Assembly (NCBI RefSeq): GCF_964213995.1
Contig: NW_027590773.1
Span: forward strand, 62,001 to 126,000
Reading direction: 5' to 3'
From: Mustelus asterias
Lineage: Eukaryota
Length of the DNA: 64,000 nucleotides
Shown here: positions 26,480 through 40,461 of the stretch, piece by piece
Position numbering within the stretch: the stretch's first letter is position 1
How the letters are laid out: the number at the start of each line of letters is the position of its first letter
Made by a program: the position numbers and the translations under genes
The notes under the pieces: generated by a model
Told to the model about the DNA's origin: nothing
The model's input: the letters and a program-made list of their open reading frames with translations, nothing else
Database searches by the model: none

Positions 26480-29400
26480 TGAGAGATTGTGTCACTGAGA
26501 GGAGATCCTGGGTTTTTTGCTGTGCTATTTAATTTAAATATTTTCTTGTATTTTAATTATTTTCTCTCTCTTTCCCCAAGAATTAATATTTAGATTTTAC
26601 TGAGAGATTGTGTAACTGAGAAGGGGGAATCCTGGGCTCTTGTGCTATTTAATTTAAAGAATTCTTGTATTTTAATTAATTATTTTCTCTTCTCCCCAGG
26701 AATTTGAATTTTGAAGACTGCAATGGGACTCGGAATCCTTGGACAAGGGGCTTTTCTCCAGAGGAGGATGGATGGACTGAAGCCTGTTCTATAGGCCGCA
26801 TGTGAGTTGTCTCTTTGTTACCCTGATCCAGGTTTAATTTTAATCTCGCTTCCTCGGATGAACCAGTTCTGGTTCGATTGTGGGGTGTGGGGGGGCAGCT
26901 GGAGTTTGAAACCCTGGGGTTAAAATATCCCGGCTTTGCAGTTAGTCAGAAACAGGTTAACCCTTTGCTGGGTGGCAAAGAGTAAATTAAATATCTGTAA
27001 TATGAAGCAGTCTGAAAGTTAGTTTTAAATCCAAGATAACAGGGGATGGGAGACAGAGCGCTGTTCCTAATTGTTGAATAAAATTCATAGAGGCCTTTAC
27101 AATTCAGTTTTCAGATGTTCAGACTTTCATTGTGTCCTCTCTGCAGCTTTTCCGCCATTCTGTCTATTTCTCTCCGCTTTCTCTCTTTCTCTCCCTTTCC
27201 TTCCTCTATCTGTCTCTCTTTTCTATTCCCTCTCTCTCCCTCTTTTTCCCAGGAAGTCATATTTTGTTGGACAATCTGTCAGTAAAATCTGAGAAGGGGG
27301 AATCTTGGGCTCTTGTGCTATTTAATTTAAACATTTTCTGGTATTTTAATATATTTCTCTCTCTTTTACCCAAGAATTAATATTTAGCTTTTACTGAGAG
27401 ATTGTGTAACTGAGAAAGGGGAATCCTGGGCTCTTGTGCTATTTAATTTCAACATTTTCTTGTATTTAAATTAATTATATTCTATCTCTTCCCAAGGAAT
27501 TCATATTTAGTTAAACAATCTCTCAGTGAAATCTTAGAAGGGGGAATCCTGGGCTCTTGTGCTATTTAATTTAAACATTTTCTTGTACCTTAATTCATTA
27601 TTTTCTCTTCTCCCCAGGAATTTGAATTTTGAAGACTGCAACATGACTCGGAATCCTTGGACAAGGGGCTTTTCTCCAGAGGAGGATGGATGGACTGAGG
27701 CCTGTTCTATAGGCCGCATGTGAGTTGTCGTCTCTTTATTACCCTGATCCAGGTTTAATTTTAATCTCGCTTCCTCGGATGAACCAGTCCTGGTTCGATT
27801 GTGGGGTGGGGGGGCTGGAGTTTGAAACCCTGGGGTTAAAATATCCCGGCTTTGCAATTAGTTACAAACAGGTTAACCCTTTGGTGGGTGGCAAAGAGTA
27901 AATTAAATGTCTGTAATATGAAACTGTCTCAATTTGTTTTAAATCCAAGGTAACAGGGATGGGAGACAGACTGCTGTTCCTAATTGTTGAATAAAATTCA
28001 CAGAGGCCTTTACAATTCAGTTTTCAGAAGTTCAGAATTTCATTTCGTCCTCTCTGCAGCTTTTCCCCCATTCTCTCTATTTCCTCTCTGTTTTCTTTCT
28101 CTCCATCCCTTTCCTTCCTCTATCTGTCTCTTTTTTTTATTCCCTCTCTCTCTCCCTCTTTTTCCCAGGAAATAATATTTTGTTGGACAATCTCTCAGTA
28201 AAATCTGAGAAGGGGGAATCCTGGGGCTCTTGTGCTATTTAATTTAAACATTTTCTGGTATTTTAATATATTTCTCTCTCTTTTACCCAAGAACTAATAT
28301 ATAGATTTTACTGAGAGATTGTGTCACTGAGAAAGGGGAATCCTGGGCTCTTGTGCTATTTAATTTCAACATTTTCTTGTATTTAAATTAATTATATTCT
28401 ATCTCTTCCCAAGGAATTCATATTTAGTTAAACAATCTCTCAGTGAAATCTTAGAAGGGGGAATCCTGGGCTCTTGTGCTATTTAATTTAAACATTTTCT
28501 TGTACCTTAATTCATTATTTTCTCTTCTCCCCAGGAATTTGAATTTTGAAGACTGCAATGGGACTGAGAATCCTTGGACAAGGGGCTTTTCTCCAGAGGA
28601 GGATGGATGGACTGAGGCCTGTTCTATAGGCCGCATGTGAGTTGTCGTCTCTTTATTACCCTGATCCAGGTTTAATTTTAATCTCGCTTCCTCGGATGAA
28701 CCAGTTCTGGTTCGATTGTGGGGTGTGGGGGGGTGGAGTTTGAAACTCTGTGGTTAAAATATCCTGGCATTGCAGTTAGTCGCAAACAGGTTAACCCTTT
28801 GCTGGGTGGCAAAGAGTAAATTAAATATCTGTAATATGAAACTGTCTAAAAGTTTGATGCAAATCCAAAATAACAGGGGTGGGAGAGAGTGATTTACCCG
28901 AATGTTAAATAAGATTCACAGAGGACATTACAATTCAATTTTCTGAAGTTCAGCCATTGCATTTATCTTCCCCTCTGCAGCTTTCTTCCCCATTCTATTT
29001 CTCTCTGTCTCTCTCTCCAGTATTTTTCCCCTATCTTCAGCTTTCTCTCCCTTCCTGTTTCTTTCCATTCATCTCTCCCTCTCGAGCATTCTTCCATATC
29101 TGTCCATCACTCACCAGAATGTCTCTCTCTCCCTCTCGAGCATTCTTCCATATCTGTCCATCACTCACCAGAATGTCTCTCTCTCCCTCTCGAGCATTCT
29201 TCCATATCTGTCCATCACTCACCAGAATGTCTCTCTCTCCCTCTCGAGCATTCTTCCATATCTGTCTATCACTCTCCAGAATGTCTCTCTCTCTCGTGCG
29301 TTCTTCCATATCTGTCCATCACTCTCCAGAATGTCTCTCTCTCGAGCATTCTTCCATATCTGTCTATCTCTCTCCAGAATGTCGCTCTCTCTCTCTGGCT

Positions 29401-30690
29401 CCATCGTCCTTTGTGTCTCTTTATACCTTTAATCAACAAAAACTGTGTTATTGTAAACAGGGAGACAGGAATATGGCATCGCTCATTTCAATGCAGAGTA
29501 CATGAGAGAGAGGGAAAGAAACAGCTATGGACAGAGACAACGAGTGAGAAAGAGAGGGGACAGGGACAAGGATCTAGACAGGAACATCCATCTTTACACT
29601 GAGTGAGAGAGACAGGAGCAGAGGGAGAAAAGAGAGGGAGATAGTGAAAGGGAGATGGAGGGAGTTGTAGAAACCAATCCCGGGAGGGCGATTTTAAAAA
29701 GTGTCCCGAAGGAATCAGCAGCCCCTTCCCAAACTGAAAGAGGGAGATGAGCAGCTCCTGGAGTCTGAGAGGGAGACAGGGATGGACTGGGGGGTTGTGG
29801 ATATTTGAATTCAGTTTTAGGAGATTCTGTTTGTAGACTTCTCTCTCTCTGTTCATGCCTGTTCTGATGTTTCTGAGAGATTGTGTAACTGAGAAGGGGG
29901 AATCCTGCGTTTTGGTGAGATTTAATTTCAATGGTTTCTTGTATTTAATTAATTTTCTCTCTCTTTTCCCCAAGAATTCATATCTAGTTAGACAATCTCT
30001 CAGTAAAATCTGAGAAGGGGAATCCTGGGCTCTTGTGCTATTTAATTTAAATATTTTCTTGTATTTTAATTAACTATTTTCTCTCTTCTCCCCAGGAATT
30101 TGAATTTTGAAGACTGCAACGGGACTCGGAATCCTTGGACAAGGGGCTTTTCTCCAGAGGAGGATGGATGGACTGAAGCCTGTTCTATAGGCCGCATGTG
30201 AGTTGTTGTCTCTTTATTATCCTGATCCAGGTTTAATTTTAATCTTGCTTCCTCGGATTCGATTGTGGGGAGGGGGGGCTGGAGTTTGAAACCCTGGGGT
30301 TAAAATATCCCGGCTTTGTAATTAGTCACGAACACGTTAACCCTTTGGTGGGTGGCAAAGACTAAATTATGTATGAAACTGTCTATAAGTTTGCTTTAAA
30401 TCTAAAATAACAGGGGTCGGAGACAGAGCAATGAACCTAATTGTTGAATAAAATTCACAGAGGCCTTTACAATTCAGTTTACAGATGTTCAGATTTTCAT
30501 TTCATCCTCTCCACAGCTTTTCCCCCATTCTGTCTATTTCTCTCTGCTTTTCTCTCCATTTCCTTCCTCTATCTGCCTCTCTTTATTCTCTCTCTCTCCC
30601 TCTTTTTCCCAGGAATTAATATTTAGTTGGACAATCTCTCAGTAAAACCTGGAAAGGGGCAATCCTGGGATTTTGTGCTGTGTAATTTTC
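26480..30690 (+). repeat. ~918-bp tandem repeat (about 4 units), each with a 102-nt splice-site-flanked exon-like cassette and ~110-120-bp AT-rich subrepeats
   Basis: Cassettes at 26700-26801, 27618-27719, 28535-28636 and 30096-30197, each ...ctccccag|G AAT TTG...CGC AT|gtgagt; a diverged relative at 26184-26308. Confidence 0.85.
29075..29390 (+). repeat. 54-bp minisatellite (~5-6 copies)
   Basis: ctctcgagcattcttccatatctgtccatcactcaccagaatgtctctctctcc repeats; 18-aa period SPSRAFFHICPSLTRMSL. Confidence 0.9.
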
Positions 30691-33618
30691 ATTCTGGGTG
30701 TCCCGGGGGGTTTGATTTCACTGTCTCAGCCCCTCTCTGCCTCACTCTCTCTCTCTCTCTGTATAAACTTTTCCCAAATTACAAAACACTCAACACAGCT
30801 GACTGCACCTTGTGGGATCTTGCTGGGGATTTTGTTTTAAAAAGGGTGTTTTCTCCAGAGGCAGTTTAAACCTTTCAGGGGACTGCGGGGAAGTCTCCAG
30901 ACTTGGGACAACACACACACAGGGTTGGGGGCTGGGGTTGGCGGGCGGGGAGGTGGGCAGTCAGGTATACTGGTATTCTGGGAGACTGATATTCCCAACA
31001 AGGGCCAGAGGTCTCAGTGCTGAAACATATTAAACTGTTCAAACAGAGGCAGGCAGAAAGCCATGAGGCTTCAGAGCTCCCTGTAGATGCAAAGGTAACT
31101 CTGTCAAAAAGTAGCCACATGTGAAGTGGAAACACCTTCCCTCAGCTTGTTACACACTGACCTTTCCACAACCCCAACATGTTTACAAACACTCGCTGCA
31201 GTTTCTGCAAACTTTGTATCAAACTGCCTCCCACTCTGCTCAATACTGACCCCCTCTCAACCTGGCACTGAACTAGTGTCTGAATTGAGACAGAGACACA
31301 GAGACAGAGGTTTTAAAGTTGAAAGTTTTAAAGTTTGATTATTAGTGTCACAAGTAAGGCTTACATTAACACTGCAATGAAGTTACTGAGAGAGACAGAG
31401 ACACACAGAGACAGAGACATAGATAAAGAGACAGAAAGAGACAGAGAGGATATTTAAAGTTTTAAAGTTTGTTTATTCGTGTCACAAGTAAGGCTTACAT
31501 TAACGCTGCAGTTACTGAGAGAGACAGAAAGAGAGAGTTTTTAAAGTTGAAAGATTTAAAGTTTATTTCTTAGTGTCACAAGGCTTACATTAACACTGCA
31601 ATGAAGTTAGTGAGAAAGACAGAGATAGAGGGAGCATCCAGAGTGGGTTCAGTAACACATTTATTGATCAGATATCTCTCTCTGTGACTCTTTAGCGATG
31701 AGATATTCAGCCAGGATGGTTTCACTGACCCTCTTCAGCAGGCAGATATTCCCAAATCCAGCCTAGGTCTCAGACACACACACACACCACTCACACATTC
31801 CCTCTGCTCTGTCCAAGGGAATATTTTAATCCAGGAATTTCTATTTTATATTTACAGGGTGAGGGGGGGAGAAACTCAACTCAAAAATCCTGCAGTCTCT
31901 CCAAGCTGCTTTTAAATTTCAAATCAAACCCTGGGCCACATGGGAAGCTGCAGAGATTGGGAAACTTACCAAACCCAGTTTGTGTGTGTGAGTGTCTGCA
32001 GCTTTTGTGTCTTTGAACTTGCGAGGGTGCCAGGGGGAGAATGTCACTGTCTTCACCTCTCTCTCTGCCTCTCTGTATAAAAAAAATCACCAAATTAAAC
32101 CACACTCAATCATGCGACCATACACAATTAATTATCAAATATCTGTCTCTCTCGCTTTATCTCTGTCTCTCCCCGTCTCTCTCTCTCCCTGTTCTCTCTC
32201 TCCCTGTCTCTTCTCGAGCAGAAACAGATGGAGACAGAGAGGGAGAGAGAGGGAGGAAGAGGGAGGGATGGAAACAGCTGGAGTTGTGGGTTAGATGCAG
32301 GGGGAGAGACACAGGCTGTTGGAGGGAGGGGGGTTTCAGTGAGGGACAGGATCTCCAGTTTAATTCTGAGGGTCCTGAGAGAGGGATTTCACTGTCTCAG
32401 CCCCTCTCTGGCTCCCTCACTCTGTATAAACAATTCCCAAATGTAAAAAACGCTCAACACAGCTGACTGCACTTTGTGGGATCTTGCTGTGCACCACAGG
32501 GATTTTAGTTTTAAAAAGGGTTACTTTTAAGAGGGAGTTCCAGCCTTTCTGGAGATTTGGGATGATGCAGACACACACACAGGGTAGTGAGTGGGGAAGG
32601 GGGCTCACAGCAGGCAAGAGAGTGGGGGAGGGGTGGGGGGAGGACTGTGTCCCATCTGATTCAGGTTCACATTGCTGCTGCTACTGTGGGATCTTGCTGT
32701 GCACACACTGGGCCTGTGGCCTTTGCCTGCACAGCAACAGCGCCCACACTTTTTATTTTCAAACAAAGTCTGGCTCAGGGACCGCAAAGTGGGTTCAAGG
32801 TAAAAGCTTGAAAAGGGGTCGGGTAAATTCAAGCACTTTAATCGCCAAGGCATCGTAGGCTCTGGAGCAAGTGCTGGGGAATGGGAGGAGGATAGATTGG
32901 GATTTGATGGCCAGCATGGAGCTGGTGGGCCGAAGGGCCTGTTTCTGTGCTGTGTGACTCCAGATTCTTTTCTCTCTCTCTTTTCCCAGGAATTTCTATT
33001 TGGATGGGGGGGGGGGTATAGAATTTCTCTGTCTCTCCAGTGTTCTTACCAATCCCAGCACCCCTCCCCTCTCTCTCTCCCCAGACATTCCTGTCTATAT
33101 TTCATCTTTCAATAAAATGTTTAAGAAAACACCAATGTGAATTGTTGTCAATTTAATTTGGGGAGAGAGAGAGAGAGAGAGAGAGGAGTGGATCCCATTT
33201 CCCACACACTCTCCTGCAGTCCTCACCCACAACATTTATTTAATCTGGCCCTCACCAGGTTGTGTGTGTGGGATCTTGCTGTGCACACAGGTGGGTCTGG
33301 CTCCCTATTCCTCGCACTGTGACCCGTGAGCAGAACTTTAAACAGGAAAGATTGAGGGGAAGGAGAAGGGTTGGGGAGGCGGAGGAGGCAGAGAGAGAGA
33401 TAGAGAAATGGAGGGAGAGCTAAACAGAGAGGGGGTGGGGGAGGTGTGAGAGGGTCTCAGGAGGGGCAGGGGGAAAGAGACACAGAGTCTGGGGGTGTCC
33501 TCCTCCACTGTGGGACTGGCAGTGGGATCTTGCTGTGCAGAATTACCTTCATTGTCATTTGAATCATTCATTCATTGACTAAGGGAGGGTGGGTGTGTGA
33601 TTGTGGGATTATAAATAT

Positions 33619-34668
33619 TGTTACCACTCTGAGGTGATGTTTCCCTCTGCGCTATTTTGTAACCCCCTAAAGGGATACACCTCGCCTCGTAATCTTAAAT
33701 AAGTGTGTGTGAGACAGGAGGAAGCGACTGGTTTTAGACATTCAATCCCTACAGTGCAGAAGGAGGTCATTCGGCCCATCTAGTCTGTACCGACCACAAT
33801 CCCACCCAGGCCCTATTCCCGTAACCCCACACTTTTAACCTGCTAATCCCCCTGACACTGGGGTCAATTTAACACAGCCAATCCACCGAACCCGCACAGC
33901 TTTGGACTGTGGGAGAAATTGGTAAATTAAAGCAAGATCTGACACTCTCTCCATCAGGAACAACCAAACAGGTCTTTAATTTAGACTGGGTGACAACCTT
34001 ATTAAAACAATGAACAAACTGAATAAACTCCCCAGTAGAATGCTGTTCCAAGGACAAGACTCACTCAGGAATAATGAAATAAATCATTACAGAATAGAGT
34101 CACCCTCGAATAACCAGGCGTCTGTTGGAAGTGTGAACTTGCTTCTGCTGCTTGGGTCTGGAATACTTTCTGAGTTGGTTTCTGCTTCTATTTAGATGGT
34201 GATGTGATGAAGCTGTATATATTACTGCAGGATTCAGTATCAGACTCTCCCCCCTTCAATCTAAAGAGGCAGCAAGGTCGCTCCCTCCCCGTTATTTCCC
34301 CCTGTCCCGGGTTTAAATACCCAGAATTTCCTCACAGTATTCCTGCAATTTGAGTGGCTTGAGGCTGTCACCAACGCCCCAATTTGAATGCAATTGGTTG
34401 TGTGCGTTTGAGAGCTTGTTTTAAAATCATTGGTCCAGTTCAAAGCCTGTTTTGCTCTGCTGGGACTCTGGCTGCTGCTTTGGACACAAATGTTGTAAAG
34501 TTGTGTTCTGCAGCCTGCTTTCTGCAGTTTAAAATCCCCAGCACAGAGACACAGGCTTTCTAAAGACACAACGCTGGATGGTTCGTTTTGGTTTTCTCAG
34601 CATTTCTTTTCAATATTTTCATTTGTCAAACACCACATTTTTAACCTGATATACGCAACTTCATAACA
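33619..34668. mobile_element. Solo LTR (Gypsy-like) with nested SINE fragment (33740-33915)
   Basis: Termini TGTTA...TAACA; 4-bp TSD ATAT at 33615-33618 and 34669-34672; partial duplicate of one end at 37150-37268. Confidence 0.7.
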
Positions 34669-35204
34669 ATATTGGACAGGGAGAGAGAGATCGGGAGAGA
34701 CAGAGAGAAAGTCACACAAAGAGAGAGAGAGAGAGAGACAGGGAGACAGAGAGAGAGAGAAAGTCACACAAAGAGAGAGAGAGAGACAGGGAGACAGAGA
34801 GAGAGAGAGAGTCACATGGAGTAATGAGGATGGGGCCTGGATGGGAATGTGGTTGGTGTAGACCTGATGGGCCGAATGGCCTCCTTCTGTACTGTAGGAT
34901 TCTGTGATTCTGTAATGGGGGCTGCGTGCGGTGTGAGGGGAGGGTGGAAGGGGAAAGGGGGTGGGGGCACCACAGGTTCCCTTTTCCCCCCTCCCTCCTC
35001 CCAGGCCCTGTCCGGGAGGTTTCGGGGCTGGAGGGGATTGTTCTGGTGAACTGCCCGGGGCCTGGGGAACCTGTTCTTTGTCCAGGATGTATAATGCAGC
35101 CTCTGTGACCAGGCCTCAATCCCAGGCCTAACCTCAGGAAGGCTTTTGCATTTGCTCCTTTTCCAGACTCGACGGTCGAATAAAACCTGCAGCAGCCACT
35201 TTAA

Positions 35205-35660
35205 TACAAAGAACAGCACAGCACAGGAACAGGTCCTTTGGCCCTCCAAGCCTGCGCCGATCATGTTTACCTATCGAGACCAATGGCCTGTATCCCTCTA
35301 TACCCCGTTTGTTCATGTGTCTATCCAGATAAGTCTTAAATGTCACTAATGTATCTGCCCCAACCACCTCACTTGGCAGCGCATTCCAGGCCCCCACCAC
35401 CCTCTGTGTAAAAACCTTCCCCGCACATCTCCACTCAACCTTTCCCCCTTATCTTGAACTTGTTCCCCCTTGTAATTATCATTTCTGTCCTGGGAAAAAG
35501 CTCCCAACTGTTTATCCTCGCCACACCCCTCATAATTTTATAAACTTCCAGCTGGTCGTCCCTCAGCCTCCGTCTTTCCAGGGAGAACAATCCCAGTTTA
35601 TTCAATCAATCCTCACAGCCAATACCCTCCATACCAGGCAACATCCTGGTCAACCCTTTC
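35205..35660 (-). mobile_element. CR1 LINE 3' fragment
   Basis: Minus ORF VGAWNALPSEVVGADTLVTFKTYLDRHM...GIEGY plus 3'UTR; empty site in the paralogous block at about 39230. Confidence 0.88.
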
Positions 35661-38600
35661 ATTGGATTTGGGATGTGATTGTGGGTTTTCCTGCTATATC
35701 TCTTTCTCTTCAATCTTTCTCCCGTGATTGTGAGTTATCAGGGAGGGAGAGAGAGAGAGAGAGAGAAAGGGATGGTAACAGAGAGAGAGAGAGAGAGAGG
35801 GCAAAGGCAGAGGGGCAGGGAGAGGAGAGAGATTGGAGGGGAGTGGGTTAGAGGGGGGGGGGGGGGGGAGCCTCCGCTGTGCACTCACAGCCCAGCAGCT
35901 CCCCAGTCTCTGGTTCGGTGCATTAACCCACTCTGGTGCATTAACAGGCGCCAGAGTGTGGCGACTAGGAGAATTTCACAGTAACTTCATTGCAGTGTTA
36001 ATGTAAGCCTTACTTGTGACTAAGAAATAAACTTTACTTTATACTTTACTCTGAGATAAAGACCCTCACTCACAGCCTCCCAGAAGGTGGGATTTATAAA
36101 CAGCGACTGTGTAACTGAGGCTGAATCTGTGCTGTTGTGTTTGAAAATATATTTTCCTCATATTTGATGTGTTGTAAAGATATTGGAATCTGGCTGCTGC
36201 CACATTGCAGTGAGAGAGAGATCTGGCTTTGCAGGAGGAGCTTCCCTCCCCATTTCCCCATGGAAATCACTGAGAAATAGCAAACGTGGCCCACAACGCG
36301 TCATTATTTGAAACGGTCAGACAGAAACTTATCAGAGAGAGCATTTTAATCCCCATTCATCCCCAGACGGAGAAACAGAGCAGAGATCAGGACAGATTAT
36401 CCAGAGTAGGAGAGACCGGGGCAGAGATGGGGTTTGGATATATATAGATCTGGGGGGAAAGCAAAAGAGACACAGAGGGGGCTGGACAGGTTCAGAGATA
36501 GAGGGAGAGAGAAACAGCGAGAGAAAGAGGGAATCAGAGAGAGGTGGGACTCTGCTCGAAGTGGAAGGTTCCCAGTTCAGATCGAATGTACTAACAGCAC
36601 CAATGCTGGAGTGACTTATTATTTTCATTTGGGGTGGGGGAGAGATGGAGGGGAGAGAGAGGGAGACGTGTGGTTCCCTCATTTCCCACTCACTTCACCC
36701 CAATCCTCACTTCAAAATCACTTTGTATCTGGCCCTGTTCAAGCTGTGTGTGGGATCTTGCTGTGCACTCATGCTCTGTCCCCCCTGCCCCATATTCCTC
36801 ACACTATGACAGAGCCCCATGCTTTAAACATGAAAAGATGGAGAGGAAGGCGGGTGGGGTAGAGAGAGAGGAACAGAGAATGGGTGGGGAGTGTGGGGGG
36901 GCTCAGTGGAGGGGGGTAGGGGGATAGAGACAGAGGCTCTGGGGGTGGGGGGGGGGGGTGTCCTCCTGCAGTGTGGGACTCCCTGTGGGATCCTGATTGC
37001 AGCATTCCCAGTCTCTCTCTCTCTCACTGTGAAGCACTCGGGAGGGAGAGGGAGCTGAAATTCAAATTCCTGAGCCTGGGGGAAAGGCTTGTTCTCAATC
37101 CCAGAGTCCTGCTTGTGTTTTTAGACAGGGCGCTGGGATCTGTGGGTGTGGCTTTCTAAAGACACAACGCTGGATGGTTCGTTTTGGTTTTCTCAGCATT
37201 TCTTTTCAATATTTACATTTCTCAAACACCACATCTTTAACCTTATATATGCAGCTTCATAACCATATTACAGAGAGACAGAGAGAAAGAGACAGAGAGG
37301 GGGGGAGAGAGAGAAAGGGAGAGAGAGACAGAGAGGGGAGAGTGAGGGAGAGCAGGAAAGGGCAGCAAGAGGTGAGGTTTGTGGGGGGTGCAGTGAGGGG
37401 GTGGGGGAAGAGACACAGGATCTGGGGGTCTCTCGTGTGGAGGGAGAGAGAGGGAGAAGTGTGGTTCCCTCATTTCCCACTCACTTTACCCCAATCCTCA
37501 TTTAAAAATCACTTTGTATCTATCTGGCCCTGCTCAGACTGTGTGTGTGGGATCTTGCTGTGCCCTCATGCTCTGTCTCCCCTCCTCATATTTCCCGCAC
37601 CGTGACAGCGCCCCACATTTTAAACATAAAAAGATGGAGGGGAAGGAGGGTGGGGTAGAGAGAGGAACAGAGAAGGGGTGGGGAGTGTGGGGGGGCTCAG
37701 TGGAGGGGGGTGTAGCGGGATAGAGACAGAGGCTCTGGGGGTGGGGGGTGTCCTCCTGCAGTGTGGGACTCTCTGTGAGATCCTGATTGCAGCATTCCCA
37801 GTCNNNNNNNNNNNNNNNNNNNNNNNNNNNNNNNNNNNNNNNNNNNNNNNNNNNNNNNNNNNNNNNNNNNNNNNNNNNNNNNNNNNNNNNNNNNNNNNNN
37901 NNNNNNNNNNNNNNNNNNNNNNNNNNNNNNNNNNNNNNNNNNNNNNNNNAGAAACAGTGTGAGGGAGAGAGAGAGAAAGACAGAGAAAGATGGAGGGAGT
38001 GGGAGAGAGAGAGAGAAAGATGGACGGAGAGAGAGAAAGGCAGACAGGGAGTGAGAGAGAAAGATGGAGGGAGTGGGAGAGAGAGAGGGGGAGAGTGAGG
38101 GGGAAAACAGGAAAAGAAAGCAAGAGGTGAGGTTTGTGGGGGTGCAGTGAGGGGGTGGGGGAAGAGACACAGGATCACAGTGACCCGAGCCGGGAATTGA
38201 ACCCGGGTCCCTGGAGCTGTGAGGCAGCAGCGCCAACCACTGTGCCACTGTGTGGCCCTACAGCCTCAGCCCCTCTCTGCCTCACTCTCCCTCTGTATAA
38301 ACATTTCCCAAATTAAAACACACAACACAGCGAACTGCACCTTCTGGGATCTTCCAGAGCACCACAGAGATTGTGTTTTAAAAAGGGTTTGGCTTCGTTT
38401 TAAGAGGGACTTCAACCCTTTCTGAAAATTTGGGATGAGACACACACAGACAGATACACACACAGGCGCACGCACACACACACACAGACACACACACACA
38501 CAGGGTAGTGAGTGGGGAAGGGGGCTCACAGCAGGCGAGAGTGTTGGGTGTGTGTTGGGGAGGACTGTGTCCCATCTGATTCAGGTTCACATTGTTGCTG

Positions 38601-40461
38601 CTGCTGCTGTTGTTGTGGGATCTTGCTGTGCACACACAGGGCCTGTGGCCTTTGCTCGCACTGCAACAGCGACCACACTTTATTAAACAAAATCTCGCTC
38701 ACGGACCGCAAAGTGGGTTCAAAGGAAAGAAAGTGGAAACGGGGGTCGGGTAAATTAAAGCACTTAAATCACCGAGGCATCGTAGGCTGTGCAGCAAGTG
38801 CTGGGGAATGGGGGGAGTATAGATTGGGATTTGACGGCCAGCATAGACCTGGTGGGCCGAAGGGCCTGTTTCTGTGCTCTGTGACTCCAGATTCTCCTCT
38901 CTCTTTTCCCAGGAATTTCTATTTGGATGGAGGGTTCATAATTTCCCTGTCTCTGTCTCTCCAGCGTTCTTCCCAATCTCTGCACCCCTCCCCTCTCTCT
39001 CTCCCCAGACATTCCTGTCTATATTTCACCTTTCAATCAAATGTGAAGGAAAACACCAATGTGAATTTTTTTGATTTAATTTCAGGGAGGGAAAGACAGA
39101 GAGAGAGAAAGAGAGAGACAGGGAGGCAGGGAAAGACAGACAGAGACAGAGAAAGACAGGGAGGGGGGGAAGGAGAGAAAGACAGAGAGAGAGAGAAAGG
39201 CAGCCGAATAAAACCTGCAGCAGCCGCTTAAATCCATCGGATTGGGGATGTGATTGTGGGTTTTCCTGCTGCATCTCTCTCTCCCATCTTTCTCCTTTGA
39301 TTGTGAGTTATCAGGGAGGGAGAGAGAAAGGGAGGGTAACAGAGGGAGATCAAAGGCAGAGGGGCAGGGAGAGGAGACACACTGGAGGGGCGGGGTGGGT
39401 TCGGGGGGGGTCCTCTGCTCTGCACTCACAGCCCAGCTCCCCAGTCTCTGGGGAAAAGACCCTCACTCACACCCTCCCAGAAGGTGGGATTTGTAACCAG
39501 CGGCTGTGTGACTGAGGCTGAATCTGTGCTGTTGTGTTTGAAAAGATTTTTTCCCAATATAAAGATATTGGAATCTGGCTGCTGCCACATTGCAGTGAGA
39601 GAGAGATCTGGCTTTGCAGGAGGAGCTTCCCTCCCCATTTCCCCACGGAAATCACTGAGAAATAGCAAGCGTGGCCCACAACACGTCATTATTTGAAACG
39701 GTCAGACAGAAACTTATCAGAGAGAGCATTTTAATCCCCATTCATCCCCAGACGGAGAAACAGAGCAGAGATCAGGACAGATTATCCAGAGTAGGAGAGA
39801 CCGGGGCAGAGATGGGGTTTGGATATATATAGATCTGGGGGGAAAGCAAAAGAGACACAGAGGGGGCTGGACAGGTTCAGAGATAGAGGCAGAGAAACAG
39901 GCAGAGAGAAAGAAACAGCGAGAGACAGAGGGAATGGGAGAGGTGTGACTGTGCTCGAAGTGGAAGGTTCCCTGTTCATATTGAATGTACAAACAGCCCC
40001 AATCCTGGAGTGACTTGTCATTATTTTTATTTGGGGTGGGGGAAGAGATGGAGGGGGGGAGCAAGGGAGAGAGAGGGAGAAGTGTGGTTCCCTCATTGCC
40101 CACTCACTTTAGCCCAATCCTCACTTAAAAATCACTTTGTATCTGGCCCTGCTCAGACTGTGTGTGTGGGATCTTGCTGTGCCCTCCTCCCCGCCCCATA
40201 TTCCCTGCACTGTGACAGCGCCCCACACTTTAAACATGAAAAGATGGAGAGGAAGGAGGGTGGGGTAGAGAGAGAGGAATAGAGAATGGGTGGGGAGTGT
40301 GGGGGGGCTCAGGGGAGGGGGGGTAGGGGGATAGAGACAGAGTCTCTGGGGGTGGGGGGTGTCCTCCTGCAGTGTGGGACTCCCTGTGGGATCCTGATTG
40401 CAGCATTCCCAGTCTCTCTCTCTCTCTCAGCCTGACAAGCAACATTCACGCCACATGCGTT

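Larger units (their letters stand above)
30715..40430 (+). repeat. Mosaic of local direct duplications with GA-rich tracts and diverged SINE remnants (gtgggatcttgctgtg motif)
   Basis: 32390-33180 matches 38265-39100; 35660-37020 matches 39235-40430; 36660-37020 matches 37455-37800. The recurrent gtgggatcttgctgtgc motif resembles the Deu-domain SINEs (AmnSINE/SacSINE), recalled from memory and not searched. Confidence 0.75.
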
